Shown here: positions 26,701-36,713 of the stretch, piece by piece
Layout: each line of letters begins with the position of its first letter
Numbering within the stretch: position 1 is the stretch's first letter
DNA from: Acanthaster planci
Lineage: Eukaryota
Direction of reading: 5' to 3'
NCBI RefSeq assembly: GCF_001949145.1
Contig: NW_019091359.1
Span: forward strand, 1,071,976-1,135,975
DNA length: 64,000 bases
Notes under the pieces: model-generated
Told to the model about the DNA's origin: nothing
The model's database searches: none
Seen by the model: only the letters and a program-made list of their open reading frames with translations
Program-made: the position numbers and the translations under genes

Positions 26701-29700
26701 AGGGAGATCTGCCCCTTGGCTGTGAGAAATTTGTGGGTTTATCATTCCCATTATCATTCTATGTATCTGTTGTTCCTCGTCAGGCCCATGATGCCCTAGA
26801 GGAGATTGAGCTGAGACCAATACGGAAGGACGGAGTGTCGCTCATCCATGACGTCATTGAGGACATCAGTCCATTCATTACAGATGATGACAATGCTGCA
26901 GAGCTAGCAGGGATTTTGGACGACCCCAACTTTTCTGTAAGGAGAGTTCATTGAACAACTGTTTTTATTACAACTGTTGATGGATTTTTTTTTCAACAGG
27001 AGGCAAAACTTTTACTATTTCATGTGGCGTTTGCTGACCTGCTAATTGCATTGTGGGCAGCATGTGGAAGTGACCTACTATAGTGCACTGGTCATCTCTA
27101 AACTCTAAAGCTATACATGTGAAGCTGATGAGAGATACTACGTGTCGGAACAGGCCATTTTGAAATGAATCTTGATTGTGCTGTTGCTAGGGGCAACAAG
27201 CAGAATATCCATCTCCACTGGGAAGTTTGCTGAGAACCAATAATTCAGTTCTTGTGGTTGGAATTATTTTACCATACATTTACAAACACCTCTCTTGAGG
27301 TGGTCTAATTCTATTCATCCCACATGTCTGGCCAAGGGGTGGAAAAAGGGTCCGTGGGGTTTGTATTTTACTGACGTTCTAAATGAAAATCATGTTACAC
27401 GAGAGCTTTCTCTCCCTCCAGAAAAACAACAAAATGACAAGTTTGCTTGGATGGAACCTAACACCCATAAACTGATTCTGTGATCTGAATTACACTTTTA
27501 AAACGGCGTGAGACGTATCGTAAAGTGGTAATTCTATGGAAGAATATTCACAGAGAGCTGTTACAGAGGCACATTCTGAGACCCAAGGTCTCCTTATTCA
27601 AATTTGAAGGATATTTACAGACTGTTGAAAGGAACACTTGGTAATCAAGAGCCATCAAATGAATTCAGCAGACCTATAGAAAAGATCAAAATATTTCTCA
27701 TCTAAGAAGAAATAGCAAGAAAAGGTTTGGTTGCTGGGCTTGGGGAAGAAGGATATGAGATATATTGGCATGATGTAGTCTCAAATAGCCACCACAATGG
27801 GAACTGGAAGCTATTTAGTGGCAATTTTTCTCACAAATTGATCAGGTTAAACGAATACTGATATCAGGATATATATATATACTGATGTTATTAGTGTGAA
27901 TGAATACTGTTACCAACATTGAGAAATTTTATTACATGTACACGTACGTTACATTCTGTCAATGGGTCATGGGTACTTTGATCATGTACATGTAGCATTA
28001 TCTTGGGAAAGTGCATATTGGGCAACAGAGCTCGACTGACAGAATTTTCATTGACAGATGGCAACAACAATAGGCAGAGTGAATGGTGCCCATTATTATC
28101 ATCCAAGTTGGTTTGTTGTACCCTTTTTGTACCTGATTTTAGAAAAATTGGTAACCCAATGAATTTGGCTGCTGACAGGAAGTAGTAACCTGTTGCCCGA
28201 TTTTGTTCTGGGCATCAGGGGATCCAGATTTGTCAAAATGGTTCGCATCCAAGAAGAAATAGTAAGAAAAAGTTTGGTTGCTGAGTTGAGAGACAGAAGA
28301 GAATGAGACATTGTATTTTCACACGTTTTTCCTGTTGTGTACTTTCAGTTCCAAAAGCCATCACTGCAAATGGGCTCGTCAAATATTAATCTCATGACCA
28401 AGATCCAGGGCATGCTTCATATGTACTGGTGCATGTACAGTACGTTAGGCAAGAGTTGTTTGTGTTTTGGTGCTCAGGTATGCCGACCTTCCAGATTCAG
28501 AACTGGGAAAAAAAAAATTTATTTTGAGAAGTCTCGGATTCGCCAACACACAATGTACCAATATACATGTGAATGTAAAAAAAATTTTTTTGTCTCTGCT
28601 GTCTGATCGAGGGCAAAGTCACCGATATCAATTTTGTGAGCTTTGGTCCTTGGCGGCTAGCGCGAGTGGTAAGGGATACTTCTTTTTCTTCCCCTGTTTT
28701 TTTTGGAAAAATCTTTTGGGGTATTTTTCTCTCAGACTCGAAGACCCTTATTTGTTTTTCTTGAGACCGTAGAAAATCCTTTTTTTCCCGTTGTCCTCTA
28801 AAATTTGTCTTTAAAAGACTGAGCACCAACTTATAAAAACTACTTGCCTTACAAGTAGTTGTGGAGAAATTCTTATCACTGGGAGACTGTCTGCAGGGTA
28901 TAGTTTGGTCAGTAAGCCCATCTGGCCTGTTTGTTTTTGTGTTCCGTTCCAGTCACTGACCAAAACCCACGACAGCATCGCCAATGGTGACTTTGAGCAG
29001 CCGTCCGTATTCCTGGATCGCACCCGGCCAGCGTACCCACCACCGCATGAATTCAATGCTGTTGGGGATGCCATCAGAATGGTTGGCATCAGGAAACCGT
29101 CAAATGTGCCACTGGCAAGTATCATTACGCTTCAGTTTATTTTTCTTCATTCTAAATTGACTCAAGGAAAACAAACAATGTGCCAATTGGCCATCTGCAC
29201 ACAGAAGCAGCGAGAAGGATAAATCCCTGTGAGATTCATGGGGTAGAGTACAGTTTGTGCAGAGTTCACTGAAACAAGAGACAGTCTTTATTTTGGGAAA
29301 TGCTAATTTTATTCTGTTGCAACAGAATATACAGAACACAAGCAATTTCCAGTTGCTTACATGTACATGTAAGTATTTGTACATGTATGGATATATGTAT
29401 TTGTAAAAAACAAATGTTTATCATTTATCTTTACATTGACGTTTTCGTTGTTTTCATTGATATTTTTCCTATCCCATTCTAAGCCCTTATTTGTTCTCAA
29501 AATCTCTACTGGTGCTATGCATAACCTTGTACCTGTTTTGCTCTTCTTGCTGAAGTCCTATGTTGTTATTCCATTTACCCTAACTCCCTGTTTATGTTTG
29601 CTAGAAATTTCCAAAATCCTCCACTGTGTTGGGACCAGGTGGCACATTCTTTGCACGTCAGCTCTCAGGAGCTGTCAAGTTTCATTGATAACAGTGGCTA

Positions 29701-31080
29701 CGGGTACTTATATATGTATACAGAGGTCTAGAGCTGACGTTCTCAGTCCATCCAAATCTTCCAAACCCTTGATCTACGTAATGTTTTGATTTTGTAAGAT
29801 CAGGGATGGTTGAAGTTTGAGTCGATTTCCACCAAGGTTTGATGGAAGAAAAACAAATGTGATTCAATGCTGGGCTTGACCATTTTAAAGAAACTTTTTA
29901 CCCATTCACTGTGTGCTTCCCATTAGAACTTTTGTGAGGTTTGTCAATTCTGCACTGTCCTTACAAGGGCCATTTCCGTGTTGTACAGGGGATTACATTA
30001 CGACAGGAAGAGGGTGAAATAGTTGTGGCCAGAGTAATACATGGAGGTATCATTGAAAAACAGGGTGAGTACATTTATGCCAGGGTTTCTTTAGGATAAC
30101 TCATGTAAAAGAGTAGTTGCTTTCTGTGCGTGAAAATCCTTTACTAGCCTGCCCTCTGACAGAACAGCAATAGAAATGTTTGTTTCATTTTCGTAAAGTT
30201 TCATCAGCACCGAGCCTTCATTGTCAACAGTGTGACGTTGAGGACAAATTGTTTGTAAAAGGTTGCCTTTAATGTCACCAACTGTAACTCGCCTTGAAAC
30301 AAATCATACACAGTGAAGATATTTTTCGCCCATGTGTTCAAGCCCTCAAAAATGCTCAACTTATTTACTCATTCTGTGCTACTAGTGGCATTTTTGAATT
30401 AAAGCAGTCCACTGTGGGAAGCTGTGGGAATGTTGACAGGTTCATATTACTCTAAACCCAGATTTAAAGTGTCTAAAACTGTGTCAAGGGACACCTACAT
30501 GTGCATTATTTGATGCTTACTCACCCGTCATGTGAGTTGCCTGCATGTTTCTCTCTCTTTGCCGTCTCATTAATCAGGCATTCAGAGTCTTTAATTGTTA
30601 GAAAGTTAGAAACTTATGTTACACCCATAAATCTTTGTCAACTCCTTTCTTCCTGGTAAGACTAAATACTGTGGACCCTGGTCTTTTCAATCAGTCTCTG
30701 CTCAGTTATGGACGAACTTACCAGATGCTGTCAAACACGGTTAATCAATTGATTGAAAATCAGGCTCAAAACATAGATCTGTTCAAACTCAACAGCTGTT
30801 GATTCCAGGACAGAGTAATGATATGCGATTTTAATATAAGTATGGTTTATTGTTTGATGCAAATCAGTCGTAACAATGCCACCTGATGAATACCTTCCCT
30901 TTTGCATGCGTGTACATTGCTTTGGCAGGTCTTCTCCATGTGGGCGACATCATCAAGGAAGTGAACGGCATCGATGTGACCAATGACCCGGATGCCCTCC
31001 AGGAGCACATGAAGACAGCATCGGGAAATGTCACCCTCAAGATCATACCCAGCTACCACAATGACTTCCGACTCTTACCC
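20764..31080 (+). CDS. MPP2: MAGUK p55-subfamily protein (MPP2/MPP6-like), N-terminal 232 codons (L27-L27-PDZ); exons 20764-20794, 24951-25072, 26784-26936, 28953-29114, 29989-30064, 30929-31080; SH3/GK exons not found in window
   Basis: Spliced protein MPVARDGSSQEAMDTVVGNL...DLLFLKEVM...AHDALEE...AAELAGILDDPNFSSLTKTHDSIA...DAIRMVGIRK...GITLRQEEGEIVVARVIHGG...GLLHVGDIIKEVNG...LKIIPSY parallels MPP2 (MPVAATNSETAMQQVLDNL...GLLHVGDIIKEVNG). All exon phases match. Likely a co-ortholog of MPP2 and MPP6. Confidence 0.92.
24951..25072 (+). CDS. MPP2: MPP exon, first L27 domain
   Basis: ttggcag|aa gcc atg ... gtc aag|gtaatt; AMDTVVGNLHDIGNSAQAESVDLLFLKEVMQGRVLQNLVK. Confidence 0.9.
26784..26936 (+). 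CDS. MPP2: MPP exon, L27 domains
   Basis: cgtcag|gcc ... tct|gtaagg; AHDALEEIELRPIRKDGVSLIHDVIEDISPFITDDDNAAELAGILDDPNFS. Confidence 0.92.
28953..29114 (+). CDS. MPP2: MPP exon, end of L27 to start of PDZ (GC donor)
   Basis: ttccag|tca ... ctg|gcaagt; SLTKTHDSIA...GDAIRMVGIRKPSNVPL. Confidence 0.9.
29989..30064 (+). CDS. MPP2: MPP exon, PDZ
   Basis: gtacag|ggg ... cag g|gtgagt; GITLRQEEGEIVVARVIHGGIIEKQ. Confidence 0.92.
30929..31080 (+). CDS. MPP2: MPP exon, PDZ C-terminal half
   Basis: tggcag|gt ctt ... ccc|gtgagt; GLLHVGDIIKEVNGIDVTNDPDALQEHMKTASGNVTLKIIPSYHNDFRLLP. Confidence 0.93.
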
Positions 31081-32133
31081 GTGAGTTACACTAGGCATTT
31101 CCATTAGGAGTAGTTAACATGTACATGCTACCACAGAAAAGCAGTTGGTTTTTGTGGTGCATTATGGGAAGTATTGACATCAAAGCTCAAAGTGGTGTTC
31201 CTTTTGCACAAGGACCTGGCAGATTTGTTTATTTCTGTACATGCACCTGGGTGCTGTCTTAACACTTTCAGATAAGGTAATGTGTAATAGGCGGGTTAAC
31301 TTTGTTGGAACATGCTTGTTCCTTTGCCATTTTGTGCCCTGTGCAACTTCACACAGCTGGTATTAACATGATAAATGGAAACTATGACATGAAAATTCAG
31401 CTCAACTTGCCTTCATACGTGTTACTGTGTGCTACAAGAAGGTGGTAGTTCTTCCATTCTATGAAAATCCTTTTATAAATTTTTTCTATCTATTAGAGGG
31501 CTGTATTTTGCTTGTCGCACAGGGCACTCCTTGTCAAATGAGCTTAATTTTTGGCGAGCTGCGAAACAAATACGAGCCTACATGTATGTAATACCAATTT
31601 CCGTCTTCCGTCCATCTGACGGTGCGTAGGGGTATCCGTCGGGCCGTCCATTCATCCGTCAAGGCGGCTGTCCTCAAATGTTAAAGTTTTTGCTTGCATT
31701 TCCATAAGTGTTAAAATGTGCCTGTAAGTGCTTGTTTGCTTCCTCTTGGAATTCCATCAGTGTGTAAATAGTCTTATATGGCATTAATGCTCGGAAACTT
31801 ATGAATTCGATGAAAAAATGATAAAAGTTGAATGTTAACGGTTTGAGTTGTATTGTGTACTAACCCTGGAGTACATACATACATGTATGTACATACATAC
31901 ATGTATGTACTGAGTCACTCCTGTAATGTGTGTTTAGACAGTGTTTAGACACATACAAACGTACATGTACAGTATGTGGGAAAATTGTAAGGGATTGGGG
32001 GGCCCCAAGTGACAGATTAGGATGTTTGTTGGGGGAGGGGTACCTGTTGGAGGATCATGGGGACAAGGTACACATATGTAGAAAGTGGATGAAATGCTGG
32101 ATGAGGTTGGCATAATGGTTGGGCTGGATTAGA

Positions 32134-32285
32134 GGGATGATGGGACAGCCAGAGTAAGAAGTGAAGGGTATGATGGGGAGGGGGAAAAGTAGGAGATGGA
32201 TAGGATGATGGGGAGGGGGAAGAGTAGGAGATGGGTAGGATGATGGGGAAGGGGCGGTGTATGAGATGGATAGGACGATGGGCAT
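32134..32285 (+). repeat. G/purine-rich minisatellite (~35 bp unit)
   Basis: About four degenerate copies of ggatgatggggagggggaagagtaggagatggata. Confidence 0.8.
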
Positions 32286-32860
32286 GGGCATGTCTTATTG
32301 TAAAAACTCTGTGGGGTCACAAAATATTAATGAGCTTGTGCAGATTTATATCGTGAGTGTGAGCGCATTTGACCACCAAGCGATGATGTGTCACCGTGAT
32401 TTTCGGAATGGCCACCGCCGGGCATGTGCGCACTGTGGCCGCTCAACATAGCGTCGGCGTGCGGAAGCCTTACATGTGCCGCCATATGTGGGCCGATATG
32501 GACTTACGTGATTTTTGTCTATGGTGTCATGAGTTCATGGTTATCACCAAACACTGGCTGTTTTACTGTGTTTTTCAAGAAAAATAAGTATTTTTATATT
32601 TACTACGGCAAAAGGACTAACTCCCATAATATGGGTACTTGGTTCCTACACCTATTAGGGAGTGCAGTACTCTCCCTCTCATGAAGAAGAGTACGATACA
32701 AAACAATACTGAGGGCAAAAGAGTACTGCTCTCTACTCCTCTAAGCAACGAAGTGGTTATTGTACTCATGGCTCGAAGAAAATTATCTAAACCCCTGCCA
32801 ACTGATAGCTCCTTAGCTGCATGTCCAATGTTGGTATCACATTTTTTCTCTGTCGTGTAG

Positions 32861-32931
32861 GTACAAAGCCAGAAGTCCCCCCAAAGGAGTACGAGGTTGA
32901 GAGAATTCAAGAATTTACCAAGGATGACGAC
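32861..32931 (+). CDS. SUV39H2: SUV39H exon, chromodomain N-terminal part (phase 1 in, phase 0 out)
   Basis: ttttttctctgtcgtgtag|gt aca aag ... gac gac|gtaagt; [23 protein letters not shown]. An in-frame ATG also exists at 32821. Confidence 0.88.
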
Positions 32932-35900
32932 GTAAGTTCCTCTGTAATCTGAGCTGTGTGATATTGTACATAGCCATCTTGCACGGGAGCAGTAACTGAA
33001 TGCCCTTGATTTTGAATGCAGTTGCTGTTGTATACGTACATTTACATTGGCATGCAAAACTATTTATGCATCAGTGGTTGCATTTTCAGATTGAAAATTC
33101 CTATAAAAATATCATGATTGTTGAATAAACTTCCAAACCTGTGTATTGTCTTTTTATTTTTTGTCAGTGATATTCATGTATCAAACAGCCAACACCCTGT
33201 CCTTCTTGGGGAGAACGTGTCCACTTGCAAAACCTTTCCACGACAATGTTACACGGTCATTTTGAATTACCTCATTACACACGCCTCAATTTTGCACAGG
33301 TAAACCTTACTTGCGTTCAGTTAAATGATGGAGCGTGGGGCGCAGGTCGAAGACTGCAAATGTGGAAATGTACTGTATGTAATTTGTCTTTGTGTTTGTG
33401 TGCCCTGGCCAGCACCACACTGAGGAGACAGATTTCTCTTAGGAAATTCTAGACTGGACTGTGGATGGACTTGATATTGTGTCCCTGTGATAATAATTCA
33501 ACAGTTGTGTAGTTGCCACAACTATGGAACAAGTATTTGTGTGTGCTGTGATAATCCACTCTGTGGATGCCTTGTCACAGGTATGGTAAGGAGTTTCTTA
33601 ATCTTGAGACTAATACGCGTATATTTTGATCTTTGTTGACGAATTGATTAGTGTATGAATTAGTTGAATTCCCTTGTTGACTTATCAAATCAAGTTGAAA
33701 TGCTCTTGAAATTCTCTACTGAATATTAAATTTGGCAGGGTGTGTCGTGGTACTTTGTGAAGTGGCTGGGCTACCCGTCGAGTGAGAACACATGGGAACC
33801 ACTGAGTAACTTGGGCAACTGCAGGAAAATCATCAGGAAGTTCCACAAGCAAGAGAAGCGGGAGAAGCTGAACCGGCAGGAGTTCAAACGTAAGCGAGAG
33901 CTCTCAGGTGAGGCCATCCACTCTGTGCCCAACAAGAAGCCCAAGACCGTGGGCCTGGAGAGGGCCATCTCGCCGGTGGACCTGTCCAACCAGCGCAGGA
34001 ACGTGCAGCGTGCCCTGAGGAGGTGGCGGGCCCAGCTGAACAAGGTGTGCACGGACAACGCCGTCATTCTCGTGGAGAACCGCGTGGACCTGGAGGGCCC
34101 GCCCAAAGACTTCACCTATATCAATGACTATAAGCCGGGGCCGGGCATAGTCATCCCCACTGACCCCTTGGTCGGTTGCGATTGCGAGGACTGCAGCAGC
34201 GAGTCCAACTGCTGCGCGCAGAAGAGCGGGGCGCCCTTTGCCTACAGCAAGTTTGGTCGCATCAAGGTGCCGCCCGGCAAGCCTGTCTACGAGTGCAACA
34301 TCAGGTGCAAATGCGGTCCCAAGTGCCCGAACCGCGTCGTGCAGTACGGCAGGCAGGTTGATGTCGCCATCTTTAGGACATCCAACGGGTGTGGTTGGGG
34401 AGTCAAGACGCTCAAATCCATCAAGAAAAATGCATTTGTCATGGAGTATGTCGGAGAGGTGGGTGCATGCACATGGTGCAAGACAGGCTTGCAATAGTGG
34501 AGCCCTGCTGTAGCATCTGCCGTTTTAACATTGCCTGTAACTTTGAAATTCAGTGCTGTAGGCATCTGTGTGGCATAACAACTCTTCCCCATGTGTTTTC
34601 TCTGAAAAAGATTTGATAATACTGCTTTCTTTCCTGTCCAGTGCCACAGTAGACACAAATACAGTCGAAAATCCAGCATGGCTAAGAGTTGTTCTTCTGC
34701 CTTTTTTACCGTTCCACCGAGGTGTAGACATGGACATGTATTCATATTGTATTCTCATTGCAGTCCGAGAGTTGCAAAGAAATTACAAATATGCTCAGGT
34801 GTCCCTGACAGAAAGCCAAATTAATATCATTGATTTCATAATCCTTACCTTTAACAGTTCAATTAGGTCTCCATACTTGAAACTAATTGGATTGACACCT
34901 GTTCTCCATCACTTGAATGTAACCTTGTTTTCCCTTGTCATTTTCTTCACCATCAGGTTATAACCAATGAAGAAGCTGAGAGACGAGGTCAGATCTATGA
35001 CGCCAATGGCCGGACCTACCTGTTTGACTTGGACTACAATGATGGAGATTGCCCCTTCACCGTGGATGCAGGTCGCTATGGCAACGTCTCCCACTTTGTC
35101 AACCATTCGGTAAGTAAGTGGAGGAGGCCATGTTGGGGATGTTGCATGCTTTGGATGAGGTGAACAGAATGACCAAAACAGAAAGTATTTGACGGTATTT
35201 TAAATGATGGGTTTCTGTCACCTGTGACGGCAGGATTCGGCTGTGAACCCTTGCGTTTTCCCAAGCTGGATAAGTCTGCTCATTTCTGCACTGCAGAGTA
35301 CAAGTTCTGATGAGATTCTTCCAAAGACCCCTCCAGCCAATTGACCTTGAGGAAACCAGTTCTGGTTATACTGTATGCCATGCTGAAAAATATCTGTGAA
35401 AAGTCAACAGTTACTTGTTGCCAAAATGTTTGTCATCAAATTTGGTGCCTCAAACACAGTGCAATCTTGGGGGATGTCCAGAGTTTTTTTTAACCCAACC
35501 ATGTTTTGTTTGACAGTATTGTTCATCAGTATATTTTTCGTAAGGCACAAATCAAAACCCACAAAAATGAGGCAGCACTGCATATTCTCGTTCTTTTTAC
35601 TGCCCTGTACCATTTCCTTCCTTGTCAACCAGATATTTCTTGATTGATTGGTTTATTGATAACATACAAAGTGAAAAAATGTACCACAGAGTTGAAATCA
35701 TTTTGATTGCTCATAAAAAGACACTTGTTACAAACAGAGCTTAACTCGTAAAATCCCAGTAAATGACACCAAGAAGGATATGCACTACTAATGAAAATGA
35801 ACAATTGCGTTTAGATTTCTTTTTTGTTGGCCCCCATTGAGTAGTCTCCGTGGCTGATCATCTGAAAAAGCTCATTAGTAGGATGAAAAGCACCTGCAGT

Positions 35901-36713
35901 GATTGCCAACATGTTCCATGAAATGTTGCACAACCTCACTGCTGTTTATCCTCATTTCACGCTGTTCTTCCCCCCCCCGCACCCCTGTCCTTCTATTTAC
36001 CGTTGTGTTGAACTTCTCCCTGCCCAGTGTGATCCCAACCTGGTTGTGTACGGAGTCTGGGTCAACACCCTGGACCCAAGACTACCCAGGATAGCGCTGT
36101 TTGCCAGCAGGGACATCAAGGAAGGAGAGGAGCTTAGCTTTGACTACCAGATGACAGGTAAATTGTCCCTCGCTGTCATTTTTCCCCCAACCCCCACTAT
36201 CGAGAGCGTCGGTCGTAGGTGGGGGGGTGTCAGTTGTAGAGGAAATCCTGCATTGGTAAAAAGGAACGTTTCCATGTGTGAACCTGTCCTGACATGTCGC
36301 AAGGTTGGAGTAACACAGTCTAATGCTGCTATGCACTGAACAATCGGATATGACGAACATAACTCTTGGCTCTGGAATTTTTGGTTCTCTTTTACCGAAT
36401 TTGCTACATGTACTTTGAATTGATGAATAATGACTTGCAAGTTGGGAAAATCCTACTCGCAGAGGAGCAACAGCCAACATGCTGCAGCCGCGTAAACCAC
36501 CGGCTGCCAAATACATGCGTGCTACACAGGTGGCGCTGATTCAGAAAATCTTGCTTTGTGTTACCGCTACAGAGACAAAATCAAACAGTAACTACCTCAT
36601 ATATTGCTTTCCCTATTTTCACAGGTGAGCTCAACACTTCAGGGTCAGCCTCCAAGCTTCAACCCATTCGATGCAGATGTGGTGCCAAAAATTGCAGAGA
36701 TTTCCTATTCTAA
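32861..36713 (+). CDS. SUV39H2: Histone H3K9 methyltransferase SUV39H / Su(var)3-9 ortholog; exons 32861-32931, 33739-34458, 34957-35109, 36028-36157, 36625-36713; start exon unresolved
   Basis: Chromodomain (EYEVERI...[17 protein letters not shown]), Cys-rich pre-SET, SET ([52 protein letters not shown]) and post-SET ([13 protein letters not shown]). All GT-AG and in frame, ~387 codons. Likely a co-ortholog of SUV39H1/2; the symbol follows the DCLRE1C neighbourhood. Confidence 0.96.
33739..34458 (+). CDS. SUV39H2: SUV39H large exon (chromo, pre-SET, start of SET)
   Basis: ORF 33742-34497; acceptor tggcag|ggt, donor gag|gtgggt. Confidence 0.97.
34957..35109 (+). CDS. SUV39H2: SUV39H SET exon
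   Basis: [51 protein letters not shown]; catcag| ... |gtaagt. Confidence 0.96.
36028..36157 (+). CDS. SUV39H2: SUV39H SET exon
   Basis: [43 protein letters not shown]; cccag| ... g|gtaaat. Confidence 0.96.
36625..36713 (+). CDS. SUV39H2: SUV39H terminal exon, post-SET
   Basis: ttttcacag|gt gag...; [29 protein letters not shown]. Confidence 0.95.

Noticed and set aside
32257..32587. A private SUV39H first exon using donor atc|gtgagt (~32352) or the ATG at ~32408
   Set aside because: Nearby ATGs give phase 0 or 2 at that donor, not the required phase 1, and the 32408 ORF has no good donor. A non-coding first exon is not excluded.
31080..32861. Direct splice from the last PDZ exon to the first chromodomain exon as a full fusion
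   Set aside because: Phase 0 donor to phase 1 acceptor frameshifts and hits TGA early in the 33739 exon.
33771..34745. Antisense and alternate-frame ORFs over the SUV39H exon (likewise over the LRR and Artemis exons)
   Set aside because: Shadow ORFs caused by codon bias of the real genes.
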